NCBI GenBank assembly: GCA_030426265.1
Contig: JAUHYP010000013.1
Location: forward strand, 3,817 to 67,816
DNA: 64,000 nucleotides
Direction of reading: 5' to 3'
Origin: Gammaproteobacteria bacterium
Lineage (GTDB): Bacteria > Pseudomonadota > Gammaproteobacteria > Xanthomonadales > SZUA-36
A program made the position numbers and the translations under genes. The notes under the pieces were generated by a model. It did no database searches. It was not told where the DNA came from and was given only the letters and a program-made list of their open reading frames with translations. This document shows, piece after piece, positions 25,689 to 33,435 of the stretch. The number at the start of each line of letters is the position of its first letter. Position 1 is the first letter of the stretch.

Positions 25689-27533
25689 GTGGCCAGGAAA
25701 GCGGCCATCGTGATCGGGGTGAACACCACGGGTGGCCTCACCCCGTTGCGCTCGGCGGCGCGCTGCGCCGACGAGGTGGCGGAGTGGCTCGAGGCGGAGG
25801 GCTATGACGTCGCCTGCCTGACGGACGCGGACGAACCGGTCACCACCGGCCGCGTCACCGACGCCATGGACCGGTTCGTGACCGTGCCGCCGCGCTATGC
25901 GCAACTGGTGGTGTACTTCACCGGACACGGGTACTGGCACGCCCGGGCCGACATCTGGCTGCTCAGCAAGGCGCCGGTCCGGACGGAAGAAGCCATCAAC
26001 CTCGAGGGCGCCATCGACCTGGCCCGCTATTCGGGCATCCGCAACGTCATCTTCATCTCGGACGCCTGCCGGTCCCTGCCCGACGTACGGTCCGGCGCGC
26101 TGGTCCAGGGCATCGACGCTTTTCCCAACTTCGCCGACATCACGACCCAGTCGAAGATCGACGTGTTCCGCGCCACCAGTGACGCCCAGGCGGCCTACGA
26201 GGCGGAGGTGGACGGCCAGCCCACCAGCCTGCTGACGCACGCGCTGCGTGCGGCCTTCCGCGAACCCGAGCCCGACATGCTGCGGGACGTGGGCGGTCAG
26301 CAGGTCGTCCCGAACCGGCGGCTCGAGAAGTACCTGCAGCGCAAGATCGACACCACCCTGGGGGCCATCGACCTCAACCTGCGCCAGCGCATCGAGGTCA
26401 ACGTCCCCTCGGATGACGACATCTACATCGCGACCGCCGCCGTCGCCCCGAGCCGACCGCCACCCGGCGAAGTCGTGCATCGTGGTGCGGGCGACGACTT
26501 TGGGATGGACGACCTTCCCATGACTTCGGGTGCGGAGCCGGCATCCCCGGAACCGGAGCCCCCGAAATCGGTGCCTCCCGCAGAGGCCGTTCCCCCCGCG
26601 CCTTCGGTGCTCGGGGACATCCGCGGCAACCTGGATCGCGTGTTCTCCGAGCCCATGGGCATGTCCGACTCCGCCACGATCAATTTCACGATGGACATGA
26701 CGGAGACCGTCGACCGCCTGTCCGGACTCATGCCCCGACCGGACGTGGCGGATCACTTCGAATCCCATTGCGGGTTCACGATTTCCGGCGCCCGGATCGA
26801 GGAGGCCATCTGCGGCGGCGCCGCGGACGGGGTCTTCATCGAACGGTTGTACGAGGGCGATGGCGCGGACCAGCCGGCCGTGGTCCGCCTGTGGGACGCC
26901 GCCCCCGGCGCGACCGTGTTGCTGCGCACGGACGACGGTCGCGTCCTGGTGCTGGCCGGCTTGCCCGATTTCATCGGGCACGCGACGGTCGGCGAAGCCG
27001 GCCTGAAGAACGTGAGCTACATCCCGTCGTCCAATGCCGGCGAGCTCTACGATTTCTACCGGGAAAAGCAGGAGCGCATCGATCGCTTCCGCGCCCTGGT
27101 CGCCCTGGCGGCCAACGAAAACGAGTTCCGGCTGGAATCCGATGACGCGGCCATCCGGCTGGCGGACGAGATCCGGATGGTCAAGGCCCTGGATCCCACG
27201 CTGGGACTGTACGCCGCCCATGCCTACGCCCAGGCCAGCAAGGTGGAAAAGGTGGCCAGTGTCGCCGACGCCATGCGCCACGACCTGCACATCGACCTGT
27301 TCGACCTGGTCGTATTGACCTCGCGCCGTGGCGATCCCTGGCCGGACCGCCCGGTCATGCCGTTCTGCCCGCTGCTCACGCAAACCTGGAACCTGCTCCG
27401 GCCCCGCGGAATCGAGCTGCATCCCGCGCTGGCGGAAGCGTCCGCCTACCTGCGCAACGCCCTGTGGACGACCTTCGAGGCCGAGGCCTGGGATCCGCTC
27501 CGCGCGGCGATGGAATTGGGAGAGTTGAGATGA
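25689..27533 (+). CDS. caspase-like protease domain with a ~400-aa unknown C-terminal region
   Basis: GTG start with AGGAGG SD. KAAIVIGVN is followed by His in VVYFTGHG (25926-25928) and Cys in FISDACRS (26067-26069). A Pro-rich linker leads into an unassigned C-terminal region. Confidence 0.8.
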   Translation: MARKAAIVIGVNTTGGLTPLRSAARCADEVAEWLEAEGYDVACLTDADEPVTTGRVTDAMDRFVTVPPRYAQLVVYFTGHGYWHARADIWLLSKAPVRTEEAINLEGAIDLARYSGIRNVIFISDACRSLPDVRSGALVQGIDAFPNFADITTQSKIDVFRATSDAQAAYEAEVDGQPTSLLTHALRAAFREPEPDMLRDVGGQQVVPNRRLEKYLQRKIDTTLGAIDLNLRQRIEVNVPSDDDIYIATAAVAPSRPPPGEVVHRGAGDDFGMDDLPMTSGAEPASPEPEPPKSVPPAEAVPPAPSVLGDIRGNLDRVFSEPMGMSDSATINFTMDMTETVDRLSGLMPRPDVADHFESHCGFTISGARIEEAICGGAADGVFIERLYEGDGADQPAVVRLWDAAPGATVLLRTDDGRVLVLAGLPDFIGHATVGEAGLKNVSYIPSSNAGELYDFYREKQERIDRFRALVALAANENEFRLESDDAAIRLADEIRMVKALDPTLGLYAAHAYAQASKVEKVASVADAMRHDLHIDLFDLVVLTSRRGDPWPDRPVMPFCPLLTQTWNLLRPRGIELHPALAEASAYLRNALWTTFEAEAWDPLRAAMELGELR

Positions 27534-28405
27534 GAATCCTGTTCATTCACGGACGCGCCCAGGGTGGCAAGGACCCGGTCGCCCTGGCGAAACTCTGGAA
27601 CGACACCCTGAAGCTGGGCTTGGAATCGGCCACGGAGGCCCTGCCGGACGGGGTCGGGGTGGACTTTCCCTATTACGGCGATGCGCTGGACGACTTCACC
27701 GCGCGCGCCGATCTGCCGTCCCCGGACGAGGTGGTCGCCAAGGGGCCGGGCCAGGACGCCGGCTTCGAATCGTTCATGCAGAGCGCCCTGGACGAGATGT
27801 ACCAGAAATCCAGCCTCACCGAGGACCAGGTGGAAGCCGAGATGACCACCGGCCAGGTGCAGGAGAAGGGCCCGCAGAACTGGGGCTGGGTGCAGGCCAT
27901 CGCCCGGGCCCTGGACAAGCATGTCACGGGAGCGGCGGACTGGACCATCGACCGATTCCTGAAGGACGTGTACCTGTACGTCAACATCCCGACCGTCACC
28001 CGCGGCATCAACGCCATCGTCGAGGACATGATCACGGATGAGCCGACCGTGGTGGTCGGCCATTCCCTGGGCACCGTGGTGGGCTACAAGGTCATCCAGG
28101 AGAACCAGGGCAGGCTCAACGCCTGCAAGTACATCACCCTGGGCTCACCCCTGGGCATTCGCGCCATCAGTTCGAAACTGGGCCTCCCGGAAAACCTCGC
28201 CAAACAGGGCTGGTACAACGCCTACGACGACGGCGACGTGGTGGCCCTGAACCCGCTGGATGACCGGTATTTCCCGACCGACCCGGAAATCGTGAACAAC
28301 AACGGCGTCCACAATTTCACGGACAACCAGCACGGCATCGCCGGCTACCTGAACGACGCCAGGGTGGCGGCGGAGATCGTCAAGGCGGTGCGCGGTCACC
28401 CTTAG
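27530..28405 (+). CDS. alpha/beta-fold hydrolase (lipase/esterase-like)
   Basis: ATGA overlap with the upstream stop (27530-27533). MRILFIHGRAQGG start. The nucleophile elbow is VVVGHSLGT (Ser codon 28064-28066). There is no signal peptide. Confidence 0.75.
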   Translation: MRILFIHGRAQGGKDPVALAKLWNDTLKLGLESATEALPDGVGVDFPYYGDALDDFTARADLPSPDEVVAKGPGQDAGFESFMQSALDEMYQKSSLTEDQVEAEMTTGQVQEKGPQNWGWVQAIARALDKHVTGAADWTIDRFLKDVYLYVNIPTVTRGINAIVEDMITDEPTVVVGHSLGTVVGYKVIQENQGRLNACKYITLGSPLGIRAISSKLGLPENLAKQGWYNAYDDGDVVALNPLDDRYFPTDPEIVNNNGVHNFTDNQHGIAGYLNDARVAAEIVKAVRGHP

Positions 28406-28432
28406 TCCCGGTCGATTCCGGCTGTCGGGCGA

Positions 28433-29551
28433 TCAGTCCTGGTCGGATTCAGTGATGCGAATGTCGCGGAGCAGTCGCTCCAGGGCACGCTCATAGCTCG
28501 TGGCGTCCTGCCAGTTCGAGAAATCACCGATCTGCCGCGCGTTGCGAATGTCCGAACTCCAACCTGATTCCACATCGAGAATCGAGTCGTCGAGCCGGAT
28601 CGGCAGGAGGACGCCGATCTTCAGTTTGGTTTCCTTGCGAAAAGCGGTTTCGACTTCCTTTTCGATCCACGGGCTCTCAAAGGAATTCGCGGACAGCACG
28701 AGCAGCAGGTGATCGTGTTGCCCGATGGCTTCGTCGATGCGGTTGCGAATACGGTCGCCGATTCTCATGTCTTCCGGAGCGAACCAGCAGCGAACCCCTG
28801 CGGCCTGCAGGTCCCCGTACAGCTTCCGGACGAAGGCTTCGTCACGTTGGTTGTAACTGATGAAACAGGAGCGGTATTTCTGAAGCTGGGCGACCTCTTC
28901 GGTATACAGCGCGATCACCCTGTCCGGCATGCCGCAACCTCGCAGAAATTCCGGAACGGCATGCCCCATCCAGCGAACGGTGTCGTGATCCAGGGAACTG
29001 GGGCCGAGATGAACCGTGTCGTCGAGTCCGGTCGCTTCGCGAAAGTCGGTCCGACCGAAGACGGTATCCAGGAAACTCGCCCGGCCAAGCGCCGCGCGAT
29101 AGAAATTGGTTTTGCGAAGGTCTGCGCCCGCCAGGTTGCTCCCGGTCATGGTTGCGCGAACCAGGCGGGCCCTGCGCAGGCAGGCCTGGCTGAGATCTGA
29201 ATCGATGAGATAGGCGCGCTCCAGGTTCGCGCCGCTGAGGTCTGCCTGGTACAGGGTCGCGTGATCGAGCGTCGCCTTGCTCAGGTCAGCCCCTCCGAGA
29301 TTGGCCTTGACCAGCCGTGCGCCCGTCAGGTTCGCGCCACAGAGGTTCGCGTAGGTCAGGTTGGCATGGCCCAGATCCGAGCCGGAAAGATCGGTGCCCA
29401 GGAGCATCGCGTCCTGCAGGTCGATGTGACCCAGGTCCTTTCCAGCCAGGTTGGCGCCGGACAGGTTGGCGTCTTCCCCTCGGCGCTGTTTCCACTCGTT
29501 CCATGCGAGAACGCCGGCTTCGAGCTTGCGCAACTGCTTGGGGTTCGCCAT
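28433..29551 (-). CDS. pentapeptide-repeat - TIR-domain protein
   Basis: ATG at 29551 (MANPKQLRKLE). About 28 pentapeptide units (ANLSGANLAGKDLGHIDLQDAMLLGTDLSG...) span about 29053-29473. The C-terminal TIR lies at about 28570-28870 (SCFISYNQRD ... LLLVLSANSFESPWIEKEVETAF). Confidence 0.85.
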   Translation of the reverse strand: MANPKQLRKLEAGVLAWNEWKQRRGEDANLSGANLAGKDLGHIDLQDAMLLGTDLSGSDLGHANLTYANLCGANLTGARLVKANLGGADLSKATLDHATLYQADLSGANLERAYLIDSDLSQACLRRARLVRATMTGSNLAGADLRKTNFYRAALGRASFLDTVFGRTDFREATGLDDTVHLGPSSLDHDTVRWMGHAVPEFLRGCGMPDRVIALYTEEVAQLQKYRSCFISYNQRDEAFVRKLYGDLQAAGVRCWFAPEDMRIGDRIRNRIDEAIGQHDHLLLVLSANSFESPWIEKEVETAFRKETKLKIGVLLPIRLDDSILDVESGWSSDIRNARQIGDFSNWQDATSYERALERLLRDIRITESDQD

Positions 29552-29596
29552 GCGGTCGTTTCCTTTGACCTCGATCCCGGCCGAGGGATCCAGTCC

Positions 29597-29624
29597 GATC
29601 ACCACCAAAAAAGTCTAGCGCAAG
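29597..29624 (+). repeat. right copy of the direct repeat bracketing the TIR/caspase island
   Basis: The core AAAGTCTAGCGCAAG at 29610-29624 is identical to 19242-19256. A perfect 7-bp inverted repeat CGAACGG-N5-CCGTTCG follows at 29636-29654. Confidence 0.55.
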
Positions 29625-29724
29625 TTGTTATCGATCGAACGGATCACCCGTTCGTGGGGGCGCGGTCGGGCGAACTTCGAATGGCGAGGGCGTCTCCGGG
29701 AACCTAAGCTTTGGTCATCATCCT

Positions 29725-30246
29725 ATGATGCCATCCGGTGATGCCAACATGAGCCACGCACGTCCGATCCCTTCAGAGGTCCGCTACCGCGACCCGGCCT
29801 TCGAGCAGGCACTGGGGAGTCTTGGTGGCCCCGTGAAGGGGCAGGGCGCCACGGTCTGGCTGTTTACCGGGATGCCGGGCGCGTTCCTGCGCAAGGAAGC
29901 CCAGTCCGTGGCGGCCCGGCTGGGCAAGCGCCTGGTCACGGTCGACCTGAAACCCGCCGGCAGCCGCTACATCGGCGAAACGGAAAAGAACCTGTCCCGC
30001 ATGTTCGGCGAGGCCAGCCGCTCCGGCTGGATCCTGTTCTTCGACGAGGCCGACGCCCTGTTCGGCAAGCGCAGCAACGTCCAGGACGCCCACGACCGAT
30101 ATGCCAACCAGGAAGTCAGCTACCTGCTGCAATCCATCGAGGCGCACCAGGGCCTGGTCATCCTGGCGACCAACCATCCTTCCGCGGCGAAACCGGCGTT
30201 CAAGTCCAGCCGGACGCGGAGCATGGTGGTGAAGTTTCCGCCTTAG
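29725..30246 (+). CDS. truncated/degenerate classical-clade AAA+ ATPase module
   Basis: The core is strongly AAA-like: SRYIGETEKNLSRMFGEA, Walker B ILFFDEADALFGKR (30031-30054) and DRYANQEVSYLLQ. The Walker A position reads GMPGAFLRKEA (29869-29895) instead of GxxGxGK[ST]. The protein is only 173 aa. Confidence 0.7.
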   Translation: MMPSGDANMSHARPIPSEVRYRDPAFEQALGSLGGPVKGQGATVWLFTGMPGAFLRKEAQSVAARLGKRLVTVDLKPAGSRYIGETEKNLSRMFGEASRSGWILFFDEADALFGKRSNVQDAHDRYANQEVSYLLQSIEAHQGLVILATNHPSAAKPAFKSSRTRSMVVKFPP

Positions 30247-30445
30247 TGCGCAGGCCTCACGCCGATCAGGTCCGTTGATCGTTATCGGCCCGAAACGCCT
30301 GAATGGGCCGGCTCAGCCCGCCTTGCAGCGATAGACCCCATAGGTTCGGCTGCCGCCCTCGACCCCGGTGCAACGGTCCGGCGGGCGGCATAGTATCCAT
30401 CCACGGGGCCATTTCGACAAAGCGAATCCATGAACCAGCGAGAGG

Positions 30446-31327
30446 ATGACGGCAGTGAGAACTGAAGACCCGGGCGCCTTCCTCGAAGGCTTCGACGACC
30501 CGGCCAACAAGTGGCTGTTTGCCGGTTCGATCGGTCTGTTCATCGCCCTGTTCATGATGGCGTTCCTGCCGTTCGGCGTCACCAACCACGACCCGGATTT
30601 CAGGCTCAACCTGGCTTTCGTCACCATGCTGCTCGGCTTCGGTGCGGTGGTTGCCCTGGTGCTGGCGGCCAACGAGTTCCTGTTGCGGCCCCTGTTGTTC
30701 AGCGTGCTCACCCCGGCCCGCCTGGTCGCCTGGATCGCGTGGGTGTACGTGCTGGTCGGCTCGGTTGTCTTCCTGCTCTACAACTTCGTCGGGGGGTGGC
30801 ACGATTTCATCTTCGCCAGCTGGCTGGGGTTTCTGCGGGACGTCGGCATGATGGTGACGTTTCCCATTGCCGGCTTCCTGTTCTATCTGCGGCACGAGGC
30901 CCTGAAGTCCGAGTACACACGGTTGCAATCGAGCCCGCCGGAGCCGAGTGACGCCCTGGTCACGTTCACGTCCGAGAACGGCAAGGACCCGCTGGTGGTG
31001 TCGCTGCGGGACCTGCTGTACCTGGAATCCGAGGACAACTACGTCAGCATTTCCTACCTCGAGGGCGAACAGGCCCGATCCCACCTGGTCCGCTCCAGCC
31101 TGAAACGGCTGGAGGGCATGCTGGATGATCCCAACCTGGCCCGCTGTCACCGCTCCTTCATCGTCAACCTGGCCCGCGTTCGCAGCTGCCGGGGCAACCG
31201 GCACGGGCTGCACCTGAAACTCTCAGGGATGGATGGAATGGTGCCCGTGTCGCGGAAATACACCGAGAACATCCTTGCGGCCCTGCGTGTGGAGCCTGCC
31301 GAAGGTCATGCCGCGCGTGGTCAGTAG
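30446..31327 (+). CDS. membrane-fused LytTR-family DNA-binding protein
   Basis: About 4 N-terminal TM helices, then a LytTR domain (LLYLESEDNYVSISYLEGEQARSHLVRSSLKRLEGML ... CHRSFIVNLARV). No receiver domain is present. Confidence 0.8.
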   Translation: MTAVRTEDPGAFLEGFDDPANKWLFAGSIGLFIALFMMAFLPFGVTNHDPDFRLNLAFVTMLLGFGAVVALVLAANEFLLRPLLFSVLTPARLVAWIAWVYVLVGSVVFLLYNFVGGWHDFIFASWLGFLRDVGMMVTFPIAGFLFYLRHEALKSEYTRLQSSPPEPSDALVTFTSENGKDPLVVSLRDLLYLESEDNYVSISYLEGEQARSHLVRSSLKRLEGMLDDPNLARCHRSFIVNLARVRSCRGNRHGLHLKLSGMDGMVPVSRKYTENILAALRVEPAEGHAARGQ

Positions 31328-31426
31328 TCCCTGAGCAGCCCCATTCGTCCCAAACACCCCTGGGCGCCTTCCCGCCCGGCACCGCCCGCGCTAGTTTTCC
31401 GGGGAACCCAACCCGGAGAGAGCGCA

Positions 31427-32092
31427 ATGCATGTCATGGCCAACGAATCGACCTCGAACGCCTGGATTCGCAATGGATCGCTGATGGGGCTGACGGCCGC
31501 CCTGATCTATTACTTCATGGTGCTGCCACCGGTTCCCGACCGGTTGTCCGAGTTCCTCGCCCTGATCTTTCCAGGCCTGCTGCTGTGCGGCCACGTGGCT
31601 TTGTTCCACTGGTTCCAGCGCAAAGGACCCTCGGCCCTCAATCAGGCAGCGTTGATCTTCGGCATCGGCGCGCCCGTGCTCTTCTCGGCCATGGTCTGCG
31701 CCCAGATGTCCATGGTCGACTACATGCAAAGGTACTACCACACCCTCGACGAGGCCGGCCGCGCGGCGCAGATCAACATCTGGCGCGCCACGGACTCCAT
31801 CCAGCTCGGCATCGACGTGGCCTGGGACATGTTCATCCTGCCCACCATCATCATGTTCGCCATCCTGGCGTTCCGGCACCTGCCCTTCGGCAAGCTCCTG
31901 GGTTCGGCCGGGGTGGTGATCGGCCTGGGCGGGCTGGCGTTCAACATCTGGACCTTCCCGACGCCGCCCATCGACGTGGGCCTGCCCGACGTGGGTCCGT
32001 TCGCGATGGCCTGGTACGCCCTGTTCTTCATCACGGTGTTCGTCCATCGCGATGCCGGCCCGGTCGTGGCCGGGCAAGCGGCGCGGGCGTAG
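31427..32092 (+). CDS. integral membrane protein, function unknown
   Basis: 221 aa with about six hydrophobic helices. It is co-directional with the LytTR gene. Confidence 0.6.
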   Translation: MHVMANESTSNAWIRNGSLMGLTAALIYYFMVLPPVPDRLSEFLALIFPGLLLCGHVALFHWFQRKGPSALNQAALIFGIGAPVLFSAMVCAQMSMVDYMQRYYHTLDEAGRAAQINIWRATDSIQLGIDVAWDMFILPTIIMFAILAFRHLPFGKLLGSAGVVIGLGGLAFNIWTFPTPPIDVGLPDVGPFAMAWYALFFITVFVHRDAGPVVAGQAARA

Positions 32093-32116
32093 CCACTGAA
32101 CCACGGGGAGTCCGCC

Positions 32117-32785
32117 ATGTTCGCCCGCATCAAGCGCACCGGTCCGCGCAACTTCGTCGTCGAGATCCTGATGATCGTGATCGGCATCAGCATCGCGCTC
32201 TGGTTCGAGGGGCTCTACGAGGAGCGCCAGGAGCGCGAGGCCGAGCGCAGCTATCTAGAAGGCCTGGCAGAAGACCTGCGCACCGATCTCGCCCAGCTGG
32301 ACCTGACGCTCGCCCACAGCGAAGCGAAGGTCCGGGGACTGCAGGAAATCATTCCCGGGCTTCAGGCGCTGGCGGAGGCCCCACCGGAGACGCAGGCGCA
32401 GACCGTCTTTGCGCCCTCGTCCTACCACTTCTTCGAGCCGGCGAACGTGACCTACCTGTCGATGCGTGAAAGCGGTGACTTTCGCTTGTTGTCTCAGCCG
32501 CTGATCAAGGAGTCGCTGCTGTCGCTGATGCGCCGCTACGACCAGATCACGCTGATGCAGGAGAATTTCCTCCAGGCCATCGATGACGGGTACATTCCAC
32601 TGGTGATGGGTGGTTTCGACCTGGTCGAGTTCCGGATCACGGATCCGGGCTTGCTGGACGACCAGAAATTTCGGAACTTCTATGTCTACACCCTCCAGGA
32701 CATCGGGCAGCGCCTCGAGACCTTGAAATCGGCCCGACGACAGGCCGCTGAACTCCTGGAGGCCATCGAAACCCAGCTGGGATGA
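32117..32785 (+). CDS. membrane-anchored helical protein, function unknown
   Basis: N-terminal anchor FVVEILMIVIGISIALWF followed by a charged helical region. It resembles DUF6090-type proteins from memory, unverified. Confidence 0.6.
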   Translation: MFARIKRTGPRNFVVEILMIVIGISIALWFEGLYEERQEREAERSYLEGLAEDLRTDLAQLDLTLAHSEAKVRGLQEIIPGLQALAEAPPETQAQTVFAPSSYHFFEPANVTYLSMRESGDFRLLSQPLIKESLLSLMRRYDQITLMQENFLQAIDDGYIPLVMGGFDLVEFRITDPGLLDDQKFRNFYVYTLQDIGQRLETLKSARRQAAELLEAIETQLG

Positions 32786-32801
32786 GTGACAACGCCGACC
32801 C

Positions 32802-33419
32802 ATGAATGACCTGGAACGGATCCGCCGACGCACCCTCGCGGTGTACGACCGCAACGCCGAGGGCTGGGACCGACACCGGCCCCGCGTATTGATCGAGCGG
32901 GCCTGGCTGGAGCGGTTCACCGGTCTGTTGCCGGCGGGCGGGCGCGTGCTGGATGCCGGATGCGGGGCCGGTGAACCCATCGCCGCCTATCTGCTCGGGC
33001 AGGGCTTCGAGCTGACCGGCATCGATGCCTCCGAGCGCATGCTGGCGCTGTGCCGGGCGCGTTTTCCCGACGCGAACTGGCGGCAGATGGACCTCAGGGA
33101 ACTCGACCTCGACCAGCGCTTCGACGGCATCGTCAGCTGGGACGCCAGTTTTCACCTGACCCAGGACGAGCAGCGGGCGCTGTTGCCACGCTTCGCCGCC
33201 CACCTCGCCCCCGGCGGCGCGCTGCTGATGACCATCGGCCACGAGGCGGGTGAAGTGCAGGGCACGGTGGAAGGCGAGGCGGTCTACCACGCCAGCCTGG
33301 CGCCCGAGGAATACCGGGAACGCCTCGGCGAATTGGGCCTGGACATCGTCCAGATGACCCTGGAGGACCAGGGCTGCGACTTTCACTCGGTGCTGCTCGC
33401 GGCGCGGCGACCGGTCTAG
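32802..33419 (+). CDS. class I SAM-dependent methyltransferase
   Basis: Motif I is VLDAGCGAGEP; post-I/II strings are DGIVSWDASFHL and PGGALLM. Confidence 0.85.
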   Translation: MNDLERIRRRTLAVYDRNAEGWDRHRPRVLIERAWLERFTGLLPAGGRVLDAGCGAGEPIAAYLLGQGFELTGIDASERMLALCRARFPDANWRQMDLRELDLDQRFDGIVSWDASFHLTQDEQRALLPRFAAHLAPGGALLMTIGHEAGEVQGTVEGEAVYHASLAPEEYRERLGELGLDIVQMTLEDQGCDFHSVLLAARRPV

Positions 33420-33435
33420 TCGCCCGCAGGGAACG

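Noticed and set aside
23620-27422. Two long minus-strand ORFs (23620-25647 and 25644-27422) covering the kinase-FHA-TIR and second caspase-like genes.
   Set aside because: The plus-strand frames carry complete kinase, FHA, TIR and caspase motifs plus SD sequences. The minus-strand products are low-complexity and Arg/Gly/His-rich.
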